Made by a program: the position numbers and the translations under genes
Assembly (NCBI GenBank): GCA_963668025.2
Contig: CAXXTH010000018.1
Coordinates: forward strand, 416,001-480,000
Origin: Candidatus Hydrogenedentota bacterium
GTDB taxonomy: Bacteria > Hydrogenedentota > Hydrogenedentia > Hydrogenedentales > SLHB01
Direction of reading: 5' to 3'
DNA: 64,000 nt
Notes under the pieces: generated by a model
The model's database searches: none
What the model saw: the letters and a program-made list of their open reading frames with translations, nothing else
What the model was told of the DNA's origin: nothing
Part shown: positions 18,701 to 28,166 of the stretch, piece by piece
Layout of the letters: each line of letters starts with the position of its first letter
Position numbering within the stretch: the first letter of the stretch is position 1

Positions 18701-20309
18701 GGCCTTTTCGAGTCACCGTCACTTCGACGGCGCTCTGCGTTCCCGGCGAAAGCGGCGTGATCGATGAATTGGGCTGGAATCCCACGAGCCAATCCGGCAT
18801 ATCGGTGGTATTAATGCTCCAGGTCAAATCGCCATTGGCGGTGGCGTCATTGCCGATGGTAAATGTCGCCGAAGTAGCTGTTTGGCCCAGAACTAATTTG
18901 TACACATCATTGGTGGTGTCATTTTCCGTCGCGTTCACGACCAGAATAGGATTCTCGGGAATGGTCATGGTCACTTGGACCAGCACTTGATTCAGCACTG
19001 CGCCATTCCCATCCGTCGCGTTAAACTGGATATAAGCGCTGTAATCTCCTGGCGTGAGCGTCCGGGTGACATCCACGAATACGCCTTGAGCCTCCGATGC
19101 CACAGTTCCGCTTTGCGGCGTGAAACTGAGCCATGCCGGGCTTCCCACGGCCTGGGCGGTCCAATTCACCTGGCCATCGCCGCCATTCGATACACTTACC
19201 GCTTTGCGGTTCACATACGCGCCAAAATGCAGCGCCGTGGGAGCCACCACCAGCCGTGGCCCCGCCACCTCCATATCAATAGTGACATTGATGGTTTGCG
19301 AGACAGCGCCACTCGTCCACTGCTGAATAGGCACGGTGGCCCGGTATTCGCCATCCGCGAGGCCTCCACGCGTAATAGTGGCTTGAATGGCTTGTTCGGC
19401 CCCAGCGGCCAGCGCGCCCGGCGCGGATGAGGGATTCAATGTGAGCCATGGTTCCACGTTTGGTGAATAGGACACGGTTCCAATGGACCAATCCAAGGCC
19501 GCCAGCCCCGCGTTTTTCACTTTGAATGATACAGAACCGCCCAATACGCCCGCATCTAGAGCCGTGGGCGAAACCGACAGCACCGGTGATGCGCCGGGCA
19601 CGGTAAGCGTGACGCGCACCGTGGCTTGCTGCGTTCCAGATGTGATGACAAGATCCGCGGTATAGAAGCCCGCGGATAAGCCGGTGCGGCTGGCCGTCAC
19701 CGTCACCTTGGTTTTGGAGCCCGGTTCGATGCTGCCCGATTTGGGCAGCACGCTGCTCAGCCATGTGGCGTCTGCAGGGACAGCCAAGGTCCAGGCCAGC
19801 GTGGAACCACCCCCATTCTGGACGTTAAAACTGCCAGATACCGCTTCCGTGCCTAGATCAATTAAGGAAGTGTCTACGGACAGCGCAGCAGGCAATGGTG
19901 CGGTGATGCTGGCCGCCACGGTCTGCGTGCCGCCGTTTGACACCACGGTAAATTCCTCGGAAGTGGTTCCAGCGGGAATCAAATTCCGATCCGCATTGAG
20001 TGTAAGGATCTGCGTGCCCACATCCAGCGTGCCTTGGCTGGGAGATGCGGATAGCCACGCCGGGAGCCCGCTGACGGACCAGTTGAGCTGGCCGTTGCCC
20101 ATATTGGACAGCACCACGGATTTTGTAGCGGCTTGCGTGCCGAAATCCAGCGCAAGCGGAGAAACTTGCAGCAACGGCGTACTCGTGGGGCAGCCCCCTA
20201 CAGCCACGAGCACCAGGAGCAGCGCCCCTGTCAGTGTCCCGGTCCCGATGCGCCGCTTCGCATTACACGGCGCATATCTCGGTGTGTCGGACATGTGCGG
20301 CATTGGCAT
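15711..20309 (-). CDS. Large surface lipoprotein with multiple BACON/Ig-like repeats and a vWA domain
   Basis: Lipobox-like VAVGGC-P; ~95-aa repeats of the pattern 'VSPxxLDFG...N.G.G.L.W...WL...P.SG'; vWA MIDAS motif ILLDYSASM...GATP...LISDG...TGGHYY. The true start may be slightly downstream. Confidence 0.8.
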   Translation of the reverse strand: MPMPHMSDTPRYAPCNAKRRIGTGTLTGALLLVLVAVGGCPTSTPLLQVSPLALDFGTQAATKSVVLSNMGNGQLNWSVSGLPAWLSASPSQGTLDVGTQILTLNADRNLIPAGTTSEEFTVVSNGGTQTVAASITAPLPAALSVDTSLIDLGTEAVSGSFNVQNGGGSTLAWTLAVPADATWLSSVLPKSGSIEPGSKTKVTVTASRTGLSAGFYTADLVITSGTQQATVRVTLTVPGASPVLSVSPTALDAGVLGGSVSFKVKNAGLAALDWSIGTVSYSPNVEPWLTLNPSSAPGALAAGAEQAIQATITRGGLADGEYRATVPIQQWTSGAVSQTINVTIDMEVAGPRLVVAPTALHFGAYVNRKAVSVSNGGDGQVNWTAQAVGSPAWLSFTPQSGTVASEAQGVFVDVTRTLTPGDYSAYIQFNATDGNGAVLNQVLVQVTMTIPENPILVVNATENDTTNDVYKLVLGQTATSATFTIGNDATANGDLTWSINTTDMPDWLVGFQPNSSITPLSPGTQSAVEVTVTRKGLSAGTYPYETTLQSSDRTVTLKIEIQVPARESIATNPDEELIIKSTDLISSFQVANDGDYGTLLRFLATKPDSNKWLFFSPNRGESIGKSEPLDWQEVSVAVDRYALRGLGTQDTVTVYAETAALEINPEIEEQSFSVSVEVSPLAFEGPAAHLRVPSQVRFPFVMRNIRDEGFYLDPLALNPLDDDSSFTIIEDDVPLIETETNQFVIDGSKLRVNIVILLDYSASMVAAAEQVFGADGDPLQRLYERLVAEFLRETPAGNVSSSPGFMPLSYRFALMEYHDRSQEARLLQDFTEDRQLVLDALSEVSIQEHGATPLVPALYRAEEVLVEEDYPLTPFDNADVKAVFLISDGQLTTPPGNLELLITSLQSSGVNLYAVGWGDGVNSEPMARIAANTGGHYYPAQGDAGTVASESVLVNAAYDGSTQPEPILPDNIMKYNAEEDRLGLPLPGKIQLARQDLSKYMALCYVSLSEDVGVPVRVNAAIDPDRTDADDRLLPGSFDTQVIDFESAIGDVRVGQISMRSSGIQNGAAKVIIRCDNTPREISKFRFVINSAVALANPASDIQLVPADAGGITSDWGITVTTLSKYRYQIDLTAPLVNGEPATLRYGEFGDLVQFMLSPPAGMTRFMEQLTVDDSIYLDLDDDGAPDDPLPLDPKTFVYADTLYVTLAGAVAPALPLVMTDETVIDYGSSMEDAILAFTNSGVGIVGGAKTVTITVRSKPDYITFYDSVTGADIAEPELTLDDQETQGSLGVRFDRSINPGEYYGLIYFDYVSGEVDITGTAMVGVRGKVSGPVLNVNAVEFDMGAATVNQDLVLTNVGQSTLSYLVQPTGGGVLPSWLTLTLDPARSSSTIAYLIIGINRRDLPVGDYQQSLTILTNGGDATVTIYMQVDGSAIILASPASLDFGTTIDTLDYTISNVGQGDLNWSISTADGSPLAAWITSITPSSGITGDAASTVHVAVSRAGLVAGTYSQTLQATSNGGTTTFTVSLTV

Positions 20310-20323
20310 TTCCTCATGGTTTC

Positions 20324-22960
20324 CTATTCTTGTTTCGAGTCATCCGGACGCCGATCATCGAAATCATCGGCCCCATCGCCATCGCTATTCCAAGCGCCGG
20401 TTGCATCGGGATCAAATCCAGAGCTGATGCTCAAGGGCTGCTCGGAGGCATGCGCAGGCTGGTAGGTCACTTTCAGTTCGTCCGGGTATTGGAAGAACTT
20501 CGTGTACGGCGGATTGATATACAGCCGGTTATCCACGCGGAACAGCAGGCTAAACTGGGCATCCGCGACATAATCGGCATCGCCCGGCAACGGATACCCA
20601 TCAATGGTAATCTTGAGCAGGCTGCCGAAGGTCGAGAACTGAAGCGGGTTATTCTCCTCCGTCAGGAAGTAGAGCACACTGCTGCCGGGTATGGGATTCG
20701 TCGTTTCGACATCCGGGAATTGATGCCAGTTTGCATCATCAATCAGCCCACCGGAAATCCGCTCGATTTTCGTCGTGCGGGCCGCGCCAGTCTCGTCGTA
20801 AATGCGGAAACGGAACTGGGTGATGTTGCGAGGCACATAATCCGTACGGACATAGATTTCGGCCCGGCCCCGGTCCTCGCCTTCAGGCTTGAAGATGCCG
20901 TCGGTCCACAAGCTGATTTGGCCCGCACGCACATCGCCGCCCGTGGCGAACACCGCGTCTTTCTGGAAGGAGCCTTCCGCGCCGCCATAGCTCGCGTTAA
21001 TCAAATACGTATGCGAGCCTTCCTGGAACAGCGTGTTGTAAGTCAGTACAAGCTGGCGCTTAAGCTCCGTGATGATTAAGCCGCCATCTCCGCCCGTATC
21101 GCCCACCAGCAAGCTCTGCAATGTAGCCAAATCAGGCGCGGCATAATAATGGCCGCCCGTCTCGGTGGCTAATTCCTGGAGCACCGCACTGTTGACATTG
21201 CTTCCGAATCCGATGGGATATAGGCGGACGCGCAATTCGGTGGCGAGGTCTATGGTGTCCTCTTTCGAGTTGATCGAGGAGGTGTCGCGGCCATCCGTAA
21301 TAAAAATAAGGGCGCGCACATCGGCGTCATTGAGCGCCAAGAAACCGGCATCCCGCGCGTCAATACGCTCGCAGGCATCGACAATCGCATCAAACACTTC
21401 CGAAGCGCCATGCTCGGCCGCAGGCACGTAGAGCTCATCCATGGCCGCCTTGATGCTGTCTCTTCCAGCCGTACCCGAAGCGAAACCATGAATCAAGCGA
21501 TCTTGTTGCTGGCGTTCATGGTATTCCATCAGCGCCGTACTGTACGCATCAGGCACGCTGTCCAAAAATCCCGCCACAAGCCCGTCGTCCGGATTCGTCG
21601 AGCCGCCCGCGTACAATTCCTGCAACGCATCGGAACTGTCAGGATTGAACTCTTTCATGGCCTCATACATGCTGCCGGTATAATCGAGCATCAACGCGAT
21701 GCTATAGCGCAAGTCTTGGGCGCTGGTGACAAACACGTTCGTCTCGGTGGTGTCGATGAGTTTTTCATCTTCATACACCGTGAAGGCATCTTTGAGCCCA
21801 TTAAATATCGTCTCATCGAGTGTATCGATGGCATTGCCCAATTGGTCGCGCATGAGAAATACAAAACGCATGATGAAAGGCGGGCGCGACCGGTTGATGG
21901 CCCCCTCGAAACTCAGCGGGGCCGCCTCGACATTCACCAGAATATTGACAGGATCAAGCCCATCCGCGCTGATGGTGATAGTGCCGCCATCCGTCGCACC
22001 GGTCATCTGATCCCGAAAGACCACTACGGAGATGGTCACAGGGTCCACATACGTTTCTAAATTGTTCGTGCCCTGGCTCGAGCCGCTTGCGGGATCAAAC
22101 GAGATCAAATCTGGACTTTCCGTCGTATATTGGAGATCGCTCGAAACGGTGAAATCGAGCGTCGTGCCCGATGGCCCGGCATTATAGACATTAAATTCCA
22201 AGACGGTTTTATCCGTTCCAAAATCCAACGTGGTCACATCCACGCCGATGGCCGGCGCATCGCCTTGGACGATGTTCACACGCACATCCGTGTCACCAAG
22301 AATGGAGGACACCCGCGCAATGAAACTATACGTCCCTTCGTCGAGCGCGGAACGATCTACGGTAATCGTGACCGTGCTGGCCTCACCCTGCAACAGCGTG
22401 GCCCCCACACTCGAGAAGGTAATCGCGTCCGGCAACGACACGGCTGTCGTGGTGTCATCTACGTCGTAAAATCCGATGCTCCAAGTAAGAATGCCATCAC
22501 CATCATTCGAGATGGTGAACTGGCCGGTTTCCTGCGCGGCAATGATATTAACCACGGTTGGTGATACATCAATGACGGGCGAGCCCAAGGCCGTCAGCGC
22601 CACGGCCACTGGCTGGGTTCCCGAAGGCGTCACGACGTTCACCGTGCCAGTATAGGAACCCGGAGTAAGCCCGGTGCGGTCGGCATTGAGATAGACGCGG
22701 CTGGTTTCAATGCTGCCGGTAGTGCCGCTGGTTTGACTGGGCGTCAGCCAGGGCACGTTTTCCTCAATCGACCACGATTGCGCTACGGATGCGCCGTTGT
22801 AAATGGAAATGGATTGCTTAGCGGATTCCGACCCAAAATTGATAACAATGGGCTGGACGCTTAATGGAGTCGTAACGGTGGTGGGGCAGCCCGCCATCGC
22901 CGCACCCAGGCACCCCATAATCAGCAACACCCAATGGATTCGACGCGCATGGAGTTTCAT
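20324..22960 (-). CDS. Surface lipoprotein with BACON/Ig-like repeats and a vWA domain (paralog of the neighbour)
   Basis: Likely start MKLHARR at 22960; lipobox-like MAGC-P; Ig-like repeats; LMLDYTGSM...FITDGRD...TGGHYY; acidic DGDGADDFDD tail. Confidence 0.8.
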   Translation of the reverse strand: MKLHARRIHWVLLIMGCLGAAMAGCPTTVTTPLSVQPIVINFGSESAKQSISIYNGASVAQSWSIEENVPWLTPSQTSGTTGSIETSRVYLNADRTGLTPGSYTGTVNVVTPSGTQPVAVALTALGSPVIDVSPTVVNIIAAQETGQFTISNDGDGILTWSIGFYDVDDTTTAVSLPDAITFSSVGATLLQGEASTVTITVDRSALDEGTYSFIARVSSILGDTDVRVNIVQGDAPAIGVDVTTLDFGTDKTVLEFNVYNAGPSGTTLDFTVSSDLQYTTESPDLISFDPASGSSQGTNNLETYVDPVTISVVVFRDQMTGATDGGTITISADGLDPVNILVNVEAAPLSFEGAINRSRPPFIMRFVFLMRDQLGNAIDTLDETIFNGLKDAFTVYEDEKLIDTTETNVFVTSAQDLRYSIALMLDYTGSMYEAMKEFNPDSSDALQELYAGGSTNPDDGLVAGFLDSVPDAYSTALMEYHERQQQDRLIHGFASGTAGRDSIKAAMDELYVPAAEHGASEVFDAIVDACERIDARDAGFLALNDADVRALIFITDGRDTSSINSKEDTIDLATELRVRLYPIGFGSNVNSAVLQELATETGGHYYAAPDLATLQSLLVGDTGGDGGLIITELKRQLVLTYNTLFQEGSHTYLINASYGGAEGSFQKDAVFATGGDVRAGQISLWTDGIFKPEGEDRGRAEIYVRTDYVPRNITQFRFRIYDETGAARTTKIERISGGLIDDANWHQFPDVETTNPIPGSSVLYFLTEENNPLQFSTFGSLLKITIDGYPLPGDADYVADAQFSLLFRVDNRLYINPPYTKFFQYPDELKVTYQPAHASEQPLSISSGFDPDATGAWNSDGDGADDFDDRRPDDSKQE

Positions 22961-23067
22961 TAAAGAGCCCTCGCCCCCATCATGCTTCCGCATGGGGTAA
23001 AAACCTCGCCAGCACGGATACGCCCGCGCGCCCCGGCTCCCCCCGCTCACCGACGAAGCGCGAATCC

Positions 23068-23643
23068 CTAGCTGCTTTCTTCCACCAGGGTAACAACGAC
23101 GCCCAGCAGTTCGAGTTCGGGTACATCCACCGTAAGCGCATGTTCGCTCAGCGTAGTTGCATCCAGAATCACACTATCGCCCGCCCCCAAGCCGCCATTC
23201 GCAGCATTCGCCACCAAGGCCTGGATGTCCGCGATCTGGTTGTTAAACAAAGACAGGCTATTCAAATTGCGCAACCCCGCTAACGGCGTGATATCGGTAA
23301 TCTGATTGCTGTCCATATTGAGATAGGTGATGTTGACGAGATTGGACAACGGCGTCAGATTGGTGACCGAATTGGTATCTAAGTCCAGCCACGTTAAATT
23401 GACGGCGTATTCCAGCCCGCTGAGGCTTTGGATCTCCTTACTGCGCGCATCAAGAGTGCGCAGTTCGAGCAAATCCGCTTGCGTCAGCCCTCCAAGCGGG
23501 TGGTGCAATTCGGCGCGAACCGCTTTTTCAAGCGCTGCGTCCGTGATAAAAACAGGCGTGGAATTGGGGCAACCTGTCGTGAAGGCTAGAACGCCCGTGA
23601 GGAGCCCCACACTCAAGAGCAGTCGTACTGGTTTTGTATGCAT
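23068..23643 (-). CDS. Internalin-like leucine-rich-repeat lipoprotein
   Basis: Start MHTKPV with GAGGGG RBS; lipobox-like TTGC-P; cap motif DAALEKAVR; 22-aa LRRs such as LTWLDLDTNSVTNLTPLSNL. Confidence 0.85.
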   Translation of the reverse strand: MHTKPVRLLLSVGLLTGVLAFTTGCPNSTPVFITDAALEKAVRAELHHPLGGLTQADLLELRTLDARSKEIQSLSGLEYAVNLTWLDLDTNSVTNLTPLSNLVNITYLNMDSNQITDITPLAGLRNLNSLSLFNNQIADIQALVANAANGGLGAGDSVILDATTLSEHALTVDVPELELLGVVVTLVEESS

Positions 23644-23721
23644 GATCACCCCTCGCCGCCATGTGTGTAAGACCACATACCGGACCTGCTGGTTGGAGTT
23701 ATCCGCTCGTCATCCTTACTA

Positions 23722-23750
23722 ATTATGAAGAAGAAAGAGGATTTTGTCAA
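23722..23750 (-). promoter_or_regulatory. Sigma-70 promoter for the LRR-vWA lipoprotein operon
   Basis: Revcomp reads TTGACA-17 nt-CATAAT, about 80 bp upstream of the LRR gene. Confidence 0.7.
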
Positions 23751-23901
23751 GAATTACCTACGCATTCCGTAGAGCGCACCTCTTCTTCAGGCACACGGTC
23801 CGGCACGCAGCCTTCCGGAATCGCCTTTCGCACTGCGAATCGGCATGGCCCCCTCCTCCGGAAGACGCATCTACAGTATATTATACCCTAAACGCTGCCG
23901 A

Positions 23902-24069
23902 TTATGTGGTCGGAAGATCACATTTTTCGACGATATAGCTCAGGATAGGCAGCGAACCGCCGGTAGCGCCAAAAACATCATAAATCACTTGGCTCATCTT
24001 GCAGAAAATGTCTTGGATTTCGCTGGCTTTTGCAGGCCGTGACTGGGAAATGCGGGCGATGTGTTTCAT
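23902..24069 (-). CDS. 55-aa small protein of unknown function
   Basis: ATG at 24069 with strong AAGGAG RBS and an upstream TTGACA-18-TAATCT (24142-24171). Sequence MKHIARISQSRPAKASEIQDIFCKMSQVIYDVFGATGGSLPILSYIVEKCDLPTT. Confidence 0.65.
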   Translation of the reverse strand: MKHIARISQSRPAKASEIQDIFCKMSQVIYDVFGATGGSLPILSYIVEKCDLPTT

Positions 24070-24288
24070 CTGTATTCTCCTTGATTGGTGGATGGATACA
24101 ACCCGGGCGATACGCGCCCCCAAAAGTGTTTTCTTGTAAAGAGATTACCCGGGATAGGAACTCCCTGTCAAGTGGCTGGTGATATTTATGCCTTACCGTG
24201 AAAATATTAGGAAAAAACGCCCCTCGTGTTGCCTATAGATCATCTTAATTATCACAAAAAAACCGTAGAATAGAAACTGCTTACATCC

Positions 24289-24696
24289 TTATTTAGTTTC
24301 GAGGAAAGGCGCTTGCCAGCTCTTAGATGTATACGCGTGCAATTCGATACGATTGCCATCCGGATCCGCAAGCCAAGCCTGCCATGTTTGATCAAGTGCA
24401 AAGAACGGTTCGGAGACTTCCACGCCGTGTTCGCGCAACCGCGCGACGATGCCAGGCAAGTCGTCCACTTCCAAGCAGATATGCCGGAAGGAATTGGCGT
24501 CTGCCGCCTCCTCATATTGACCCTCGAACAGCTCGATGAAGTTGCGGCCGCCCGCGGCGATATAGACGCCGAAGCGTTTTCCTTCGTCGTTTAGAAACTC
24601 GAAGGCTTGTGAAAGCCCCAGCGCGCCGCAATAAAACGCGATGGACGCATCGAGGTCTTTTGAAGTGAAGCAAACGTGAGCCAATCCAACCACCAT
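24289..24696 (-). CDS. VOC (glyoxalase/bleomycin-resistance) family protein
   Basis: Start MVVGLAHVCF; metal ligands H, E (FIELF), H (RHICL) and E (DPDGNRIEL). Confidence 0.88.
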   Translation of the reverse strand: MVVGLAHVCFTSKDLDASIAFYCGALGLSQAFEFLNDEGKRFGVYIAAGGRNFIELFEGQYEEAADANSFRHICLEVDDLPGIVARLREHGVEVSEPFFALDQTWQAWLADPDGNRIELHAYTSKSWQAPFLETK

Positions 24697-24718
24697 GGTG
24701 CGATTCCTTTCCGCGCAC

Positions 24719-25738
24719 TTACCCAAGCGGGCAGATGGCGTCAATCTGGGCCAATTCTTCTGGGGAGAAGTGCAAGTTGCCAAGGGCGCCCACGCAATCG
24801 ATGATTTGCTGCGGCGTGCGCGCGCCAATGAGGGCGCTGGTGATGTTCTTGTGGCGCAGGAGCCAAGCGATGGCGAACTGGGCCATTGTCTGTCCCCGTG
24901 CATCGGCCAGCTTCGACAACTTGCGCACTTTTTCGACTGTTTCCGGAGTCACGGCGGTCGCTTGCAGATATCCATCGGGATCCGCCGCCCGGGAATCTGC
25001 GGGGATTGGATTAGCGGGATTGAGATATTTGGATGTGAGCAATCCCTGCGCCAGCGGGCAGAAAGGTATGCAGCCAACGCCGTAGGTATCGAGATAAGGA
25101 AGCAGATCGCGCTCGATGCCCCGGGCGAGCATATTGTATCGCGGCTGGTTAATCGTGATGGGCGTCCAGCCCCTAGACTTCACCAGTTCAGCCGCCTGGA
25201 CAAAAAATGGCCCCACATAACTCGATATGCCCGCATACAACGCCTTGCCCTGCCGCACGATCTGGTCGAGAGCGCCTAGCGTTTCTTCCAGGGGGGTGTT
25301 CGGATCGGGCCGGTGCGAGTAGAAAATATCCACATATTCCAAGCCCATGCGTTTAAGCGATTGCTCAAGGCTCGCCACCAGGTATTTCTTGCTCCCCCAG
25401 TCGCCATATGGGCCTGGCCACATGCGATAACCGGCCTTGGTCGAAATGATCAATTCGTCCCGGTAACCTGCGAAATCCTCACGTAAAATGCGGCCTGCGC
25501 GTTCCTCGGCGCTTCCGGGCTCTGGGCCATAGTTATTGGCAAGATCGAAATGGGTGACGCCAAGCTCGAAAGCGGTCCGCATCATGGCCCGGCAATTCTC
25601 GTGATCGGCCCTTGTCCCGAAATTGTGCCACATGCCGAGCGATATGGCGGGCAGCAAAAGCCCGCTACGCCCGCACCGGCGGTATGTCATGTTGTCATAT
25701 CGGGCTGCGCTGAATTCCATGGGGAACAGTCCTTTCAA
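24719..25738 (-). CDS. Aldo/keto reductase, YghZ/MgrA (L-glyceraldehyde-3-phosphate reductase)-like
   Basis: YRRCGRSGLLLPAISLGMWHNFG, FDLANNYGP, IISTKAGY.MWPGPYGDWGS and DIFYSHRPD motifs. Confidence 0.9.
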   Translation of the reverse strand: MKGLFPMEFSAARYDNMTYRRCGRSGLLLPAISLGMWHNFGTRADHENCRAMMRTAFELGVTHFDLANNYGPEPGSAEERAGRILREDFAGYRDELIISTKAGYRMWPGPYGDWGSKKYLVASLEQSLKRMGLEYVDIFYSHRPDPNTPLEETLGALDQIVRQGKALYAGISSYVGPFFVQAAELVKSRGWTPITINQPRYNMLARGIERDLLPYLDTYGVGCIPFCPLAQGLLTSKYLNPANPIPADSRAADPDGYLQATAVTPETVEKVRKLSKLADARGQTMAQFAIAWLLRHKNITSALIGARTPQQIIDCVGALGNLHFSPEELAQIDAICPLG

Positions 25739-25968
25739 TGCCTATTAGGGTGGCATATAACCGGTATCTCAATCTTGCATCTGTTTATTGAATACCATAT
25801 CGAGGTAAAAGTAAAGCTGATGAACGCCATGCTAAATAAAAGGAGGCCCTCCCATTCCCTACGTATTCTCTTGAACACGTTATCGATCACGTTTTATGAT
25901 AAGCGATATAAATGACCGTTTTTATCACTTTCTGGGATTCACAAACCGTTGCTACGGAAGGGAGAATA

Positions 25969-27175
25969 ATGGTGTACACAAAACCTATGAGAAGCATAAC
26001 GATAGCGTTTCTTTGCCTACTTGCACTGGGATGCTCTACCGCGATGAAACATGAAAATGAACTGAGGAAAACAGCGATGATACAAATCGATGGGACGCCA
26101 TTGTGTGACACGCAACTACAAAGCAGGGCGATCACAATGGAGAATCCAACAGGGGCCAAAGGCCAAGGCGGCCAGGCCAAAGGCGGGCGCAAAGGCATGC
26201 CCTCTATTCCGAACCTAGCCAAAGATGAAACATTCACTTTGGCGGAGATTGAAGGGCCTGGCTGCATCCGCCATATCTGGATCACCGTGGAAAAACGTGA
26301 CCCCACGAATGCTGCGCAATCTGATTTTACGTTTTTACTGGGACGGCCAGAAAACACCTTCCGTGGAAGCGCCCATTGGCGATTTTTTCGGCATGCCTCA
26401 TGGCCGTACTGTTGCTTATGAATCCGCTTATATATGCGTTCCTGAGGGCCGAGGCTTCAATTGTTTCTTCCCTATGCCCTTTGCGCAACAAGCGCGCCTT
26501 ACTATCGCCAATGAATCCGGCGAAGACGCCGGTTCGGTATTCTTCCAGATCGATTATACGGCTGGTGACACCGTTGATGGCGGCACCCCCTATTTTCATG
26601 CCCAATTCCGCCGCACATCTAACACTACACTAGGCCAGGACTATGTGATACTGGATGAGGTGAAAGGCAAAGGCCGCTACATGGGCGTTAATATCGGCAT
26701 TGTGGACCGTTTCTTGGGTGCGAATGTCTGGTGGGGGGAAGGCGAAGTAAAGATGTATATTGATGGCGATACCGATTACCCCACCATCTGCGGCACGGGA
26801 ACAGAGGATTATCTCCTCTCCGCCTGGGGGCTTGGCGTATGGCAATACCGTTACGCAGGCTCTTTGTTCCCCTACGGGAAATATATCTCCTTCTACCGAT
26901 TCCATGGGCCTGACCCGGTTTACTTCTCACAGGACATCAAAGTGACTATCCAGCAACTGGGCTGGGATGGCGGCGGCGATAAAGATCCTGCACCAGGTGA
27001 ACCGCTTGCACCCTATATGGCGCGTGGTGAATATAAAAAAGTGCCTAATCGCGGGGGCTTGTTCGAACGGGTGGACGATGTCTGCTCGACGGCATATTGG
27101 TATCAAACGCTTCCCACACAGCCGTTCCCGCCATTCCCTAGTGCGGAAGTGCGATCTCTGGCGCTGGAAGAATAA
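25969..27175 (+). pseudogene. DUF2961 / GH172-family glycoside hydrolase lipoprotein, frameshifted at the C-run 26301-26304
   Basis: ORF1 (LALGC lipobox, GPGCIRHIWIT) and ORF2 (LRFYWDG...PIGDFF, WWGEGE, GTGTEDY, YRFH.PDP) fuse as KRDPRMLRN if one C is removed. May be a sequencing error rather than a true pseudogene. Confidence 0.75.
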
Positions 27176-28087
27176 CTACACTCTTGAGCTGGCATCCTCG
27201 ATGCTGACGCAATTACGCCCATGGGATTTGCTCAGATACATCAGGTGATCCGCGCGGGCGATAACTTCGCCCGCGGTTTCGCCTGTATGCACCGTAGTTA
27301 CGCCAATGGAGAGCGTTACACGGATAGTGGATTCGCCATGCTTGATATACGAATTCTCGATCAAGACCCGGCAGCGTTCTGCCACTTCTCGAGCCTGTTC
27401 GCATTCCACATTGCTCAAAATCGCCACGAATTCCTCCCCGCCCCACCGGCCCAGGAAGTCAAACGGGCGCAGACTGTTCACCAGGGTGTTGGCCACCATG
27501 ACGAGCACATTATCGCCTATCTCATGGCCATACTGATCGTTGATCACTTTGAAATGGTCGATATCGATGAACAACACCGCGAACGGCCAGCCGTAGCGCT
27601 CTAATTCCTCCATATGTTCATCAAGCGTGATGGCCGTAAAGCGCCGGTTGCCGACGCCCGTCAAGGGGCAGAGCATGGCCAGCTCCACGAGGCGCTGGCG
27701 TTCTGCTTGCTGTTGTGACACGTCGAAAAATATCTCGGCCGCTCCTTTCACCTCGCCCGATTCATCAAAAATGGGGGTGCAACGAACCAACACCGGCACG
27801 CGATGGCCTTCCTTATGGCGCAGATACACCTCATTTTCTGAGGGCTTGCCATCACGCACCGCCTTCATGAGGGGGCATTCGCTCATGCAGAGGGCTTCAC
27901 CACGTTCATTCACATGCATGAGATTGGATTCTGGACAACAGACGCCCTCCGTCTCCTCCTTTGTGTACCCCGTCAGCTCTTCCGCACCTTTGTTCCAGAA
28001 CAGGATGCGCCGGTCGCAGTCCACAAAATAGAGCCCGTCGTGGAGGCTATCAAGCAGTTCATGAAAGAATATATCTGGAAGACTCAT
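27176..28087 (-). CDS. PAS-GGDEF diguanylate cyclase
   Basis: PAS domain (FWNKGAEELTGY, HKEGHRVPV), FIDIDHFK.IND.YGH.IGD, I-site RPFD and active-site GGEEF. Confidence 0.92.
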   Translation of the reverse strand: MSLPDIFFHELLDSLHDGLYFVDCDRRILFWNKGAEELTGYTKEETEGVCCPESNLMHVNERGEALCMSECPLMKAVRDGKPSENEVYLRHKEGHRVPVLVRCTPIFDESGEVKGAAEIFFDVSQQQAERQRLVELAMLCPLTGVGNRRFTAITLDEHMEELERYGWPFAVLFIDIDHFKVINDQYGHEIGDNVLVMVANTLVNSLRPFDFLGRWGGEEFVAILSNVECEQAREVAERCRVLIENSYIKHGESTIRVTLSIGVTTVHTGETAGEVIARADHLMYLSKSHGRNCVSIEDASSRV

Positions 28088-28166
28088 ATCGCCACCAAAG
28101 CTCCTTCTATTGTGGTAACCTAGAAGAAAGCGATAATATTCATTGCGGCGATCTATATCCCGGCCA

